Part shown: positions 62,046 to 64,000 of the stretch, one piece after another
Layout: every line of letters starts with the position of its first letter
How positions within the stretch are numbered: position 1 is the stretch's first letter
Origin: Macrostomum hystrix
Taxonomy: Eukaryota > Animalia > Platyhelminthes
Direction: 5' to 3'
Assembly: GCA_950097015.1 (NCBI GenBank)
Contig: CATNEN010000015.1
Location: 1,984,001 to 2,048,000, forward strand
DNA length: 64,000 nt
Notes under the pieces: model-generated
What the model saw: the letters and a program-made list of their open reading frames with translations, nothing else
Told to the model about the DNA's origin: nothing
The model's database searches: none
Made by a program: the position numbers and the translations under genes

Positions 62046-62536
62046 GACTACTACCTGTGTGGCTGAGACTACTACCTGCGAGGCTGAGACTACTACCTGT
62101 GTGGCTGAGACTACTACCTGTGTGGCTGAGACTACTACCTGCGTGGCTGAGACTACTACCTGTGTGGCTGAGACTACTACCTGTGTGGCTGAGACTACTA
62201 CCTGCGTGGCTGAGACTACTACCTGTGTGGCTGAGACTACTACCTGCGTGGCTGAGACAACTACCTGTGTGGCTGAGACTACTACCTGTGTGGCTGAGAC
62301 TACTACCTGTGTGGCTGAGACTACTTACCTGTGCGGCTGAGACTACTGTACTACCTGTGTGGCTGAGACTACTGTACTACCTGTGTGGCTGAGACTAATA
62401 CCTGTGTGGCTGAGACTACTTACCTGTGTGGCTGAGACTACTGTACTACCTGTGTGGCTGAGACTACTACCTGTGTGGCTGAGACTACTTATTTGTGTGG
62501 CTGAGACTACTACCTGTGTGGCTGAGACTACTACCT
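62023..62536. repeat. 21-bp GAGACTACTACCTGTGTGGCT array (~24 units) starting in the last codons of WSC copy C
   Basis: The first unit includes the TGA stop at 62043-62045. Confidence 0.96.
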
Positions 62537-63741
62537 CAGAATATTTAACCAGTTAGTAGTTCTTTTTATTCCAATTTTCTAAATTACTTAGGAAATTTAA
62601 AGTTGGCTTCATGTTGATCGAAGAAAAAGATTGTGAAATACTTGAAATACTTGTGAGATCCTGAGTTTTCACTGGTCTGCTTGCTGAGAAAAACATTTGT
62701 CGAGCGGGTAAAGATCTAATACAGAAGTATGAGAAGTTTGAGTTATAACCAACAAGTTCTTAAAAACTGGTCTTAGTGTTTGAGATAAATTTCTGTATTT
62801 GGAAACAGATCGTACTAAGACTGTCTTCACTCCAACCCAATCCGTTTTTCTTCAATTCAAGCTTCCAGCCACTGAGTCTCCCACCTGAATAACTAGAGCC
62901 GTCTAGGTATGAGACAGTGCCAAATGCGTCTCTATGAGGCATATTTGAGACAGGTCACCGCTCAAGTGGCCTGTACGTCAATCAGATTTCAGATTTACGT
63001 ACCGATATCAATGCCAATTGTGCTTTTGTGCTACATTCGCAGTGATTTGAAAGTGTCGGTGACTTTTGGTTACTACGGTTCGTACAGTTTCTGTTTACTT
63101 TTGGAGGGGGTGGGTGTGCTTAGGTGGCCATCTGATTGGCTGGCGAAACCCCCATCTACGAGTACACCTTTACTCCTAGCCTTTTCTACTCCCTCATCCG
63201 TTTTTCTTCAATCCAGGCTTTCCAGCCACTGAGTCTCACATCTGAATCTCACTGCTCCTTGACATCTCATCCATGCGTCTTACCCCACCCGCATGAGTCT
63301 CACCCTGAGTCTACCATTCAGTGCTATAACTCAAAGCGGGTGAACGCCGCTGTAAATTTATATCTTCATGGGCGCTACTGCAAGTAGGATGCTTAGCTTG
63401 TTTCAGTCAAATGGAAAATAGCAAATGGAAATTCGCCAGTTACTCTTATGACCAGTTTCGTCCCTTTCATTTATCCGTTTCCTTGGCGACAGCTCATTGC
63501 GGCTTGAAAATAATTCGTCGAGCCGTTAGGAACAGCCGTTTAGGATGGCGGTTAGAGATTTCCATGTGGCCCGATTTTGTCTTCGATATATTTGCAACAA
63601 GTTGCAGCTCCTGATGCCTTCCGATTGGGTGAGACTGCTCACAGGATCACAAGTTTTACCACCTCTGGCATTTTTTGCAAGTGGTAAAATGCTTACAAGT
63701 TCTAATAGGATCTCACTGTAGGCTGCTAGCTAAATATTGAA

Positions 63742-64000
63742 ATGCTTGTCAGAGTTCTGGTTGCCACCATCTGCAGTGCTGTCCTGACTGCGGCGGCGGC
63801 TAGGATGGCTCTCTTCTCCTACATCGGCTGCTTCAAGGACAACTATCAAAGCGTCAGAGCGCTGAATGGGCTGCAGGAAGTGAGCACACTTGGTGAATTG
63901 GCTTACAAAGATTTGGGCGCCATACGAAGCAACTCCAGCATGTCGCATGAGCTCTGCAGCAAAGTCTGCTCACTCGGCGGATTCCCGTACTTTGGTGTGC
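63742..64000 (+). CDS. WSC-family copy D, 5' part only (runs off the window)
   Basis: MLVRVLVATICSAVLTAAAARMALFSYIGCFKDNYQSVRALNGLQEVSTLGEL...MSHELCSKVCSLGGFPYFGV aligns with copies A-C. Confidence 0.88.
   Translation, partial: MLVRVLVATICSAVLTAAAARMALFSYIGCFKDNYQSVRALNGLQEVSTLGELAYKDLGAIRSNSSMSHELCSKVCSLGGFPYFGV

Overview
Eukaryotic (animal) genomic DNA with short GT-AG introns, GC-rich Gln/Ala-rich exons and about 20 minisatellite arrays. The style resembles a free-living flatworm such as Macrostomum (inference only). Host genes: a 6-exon CELF/Bruno-family RNA-binding gene (7743-14988, +), a GAS2-like CH+GAR gene (36333-39278, +, with a possible distal first exon at 26405), four paralogous secreted WSC+PAN/apple genes (43713 +, 54515 -, 61242 +, 63742 + partial) and an orphan PAN exon (41836-42099, -). 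Mobile DNA: two decayed RTE-like non-LTR fragments, an AP-endonuclease LINE fragment, a 176-bp MITE, a 3.9-kb CACTA-ended non-autonomous element carrying a BEN-like ORF and a ~2-kb CpG-free core, and an apparently intact Ngaro-type tyrosine-recombinase retrotransposon with split direct repeats (56399-61017). Most notable: (1) in the Ngaro element one splice donor is in phase with acceptors in front of the Gag C-half, Pol and YR, predicting three proteins with a shared SAP-like/coiled-coil leader; (2) a 21-bp minisatellite amplified from the last six codons plus stop codon of the WSC-PAN genes; (3) the CpG-free island. Most long ORFs in the supplied track are repeat artefacts. No rRNA, tRNA or CRISPR array was recognised. 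All alignments and counts were done by eye.
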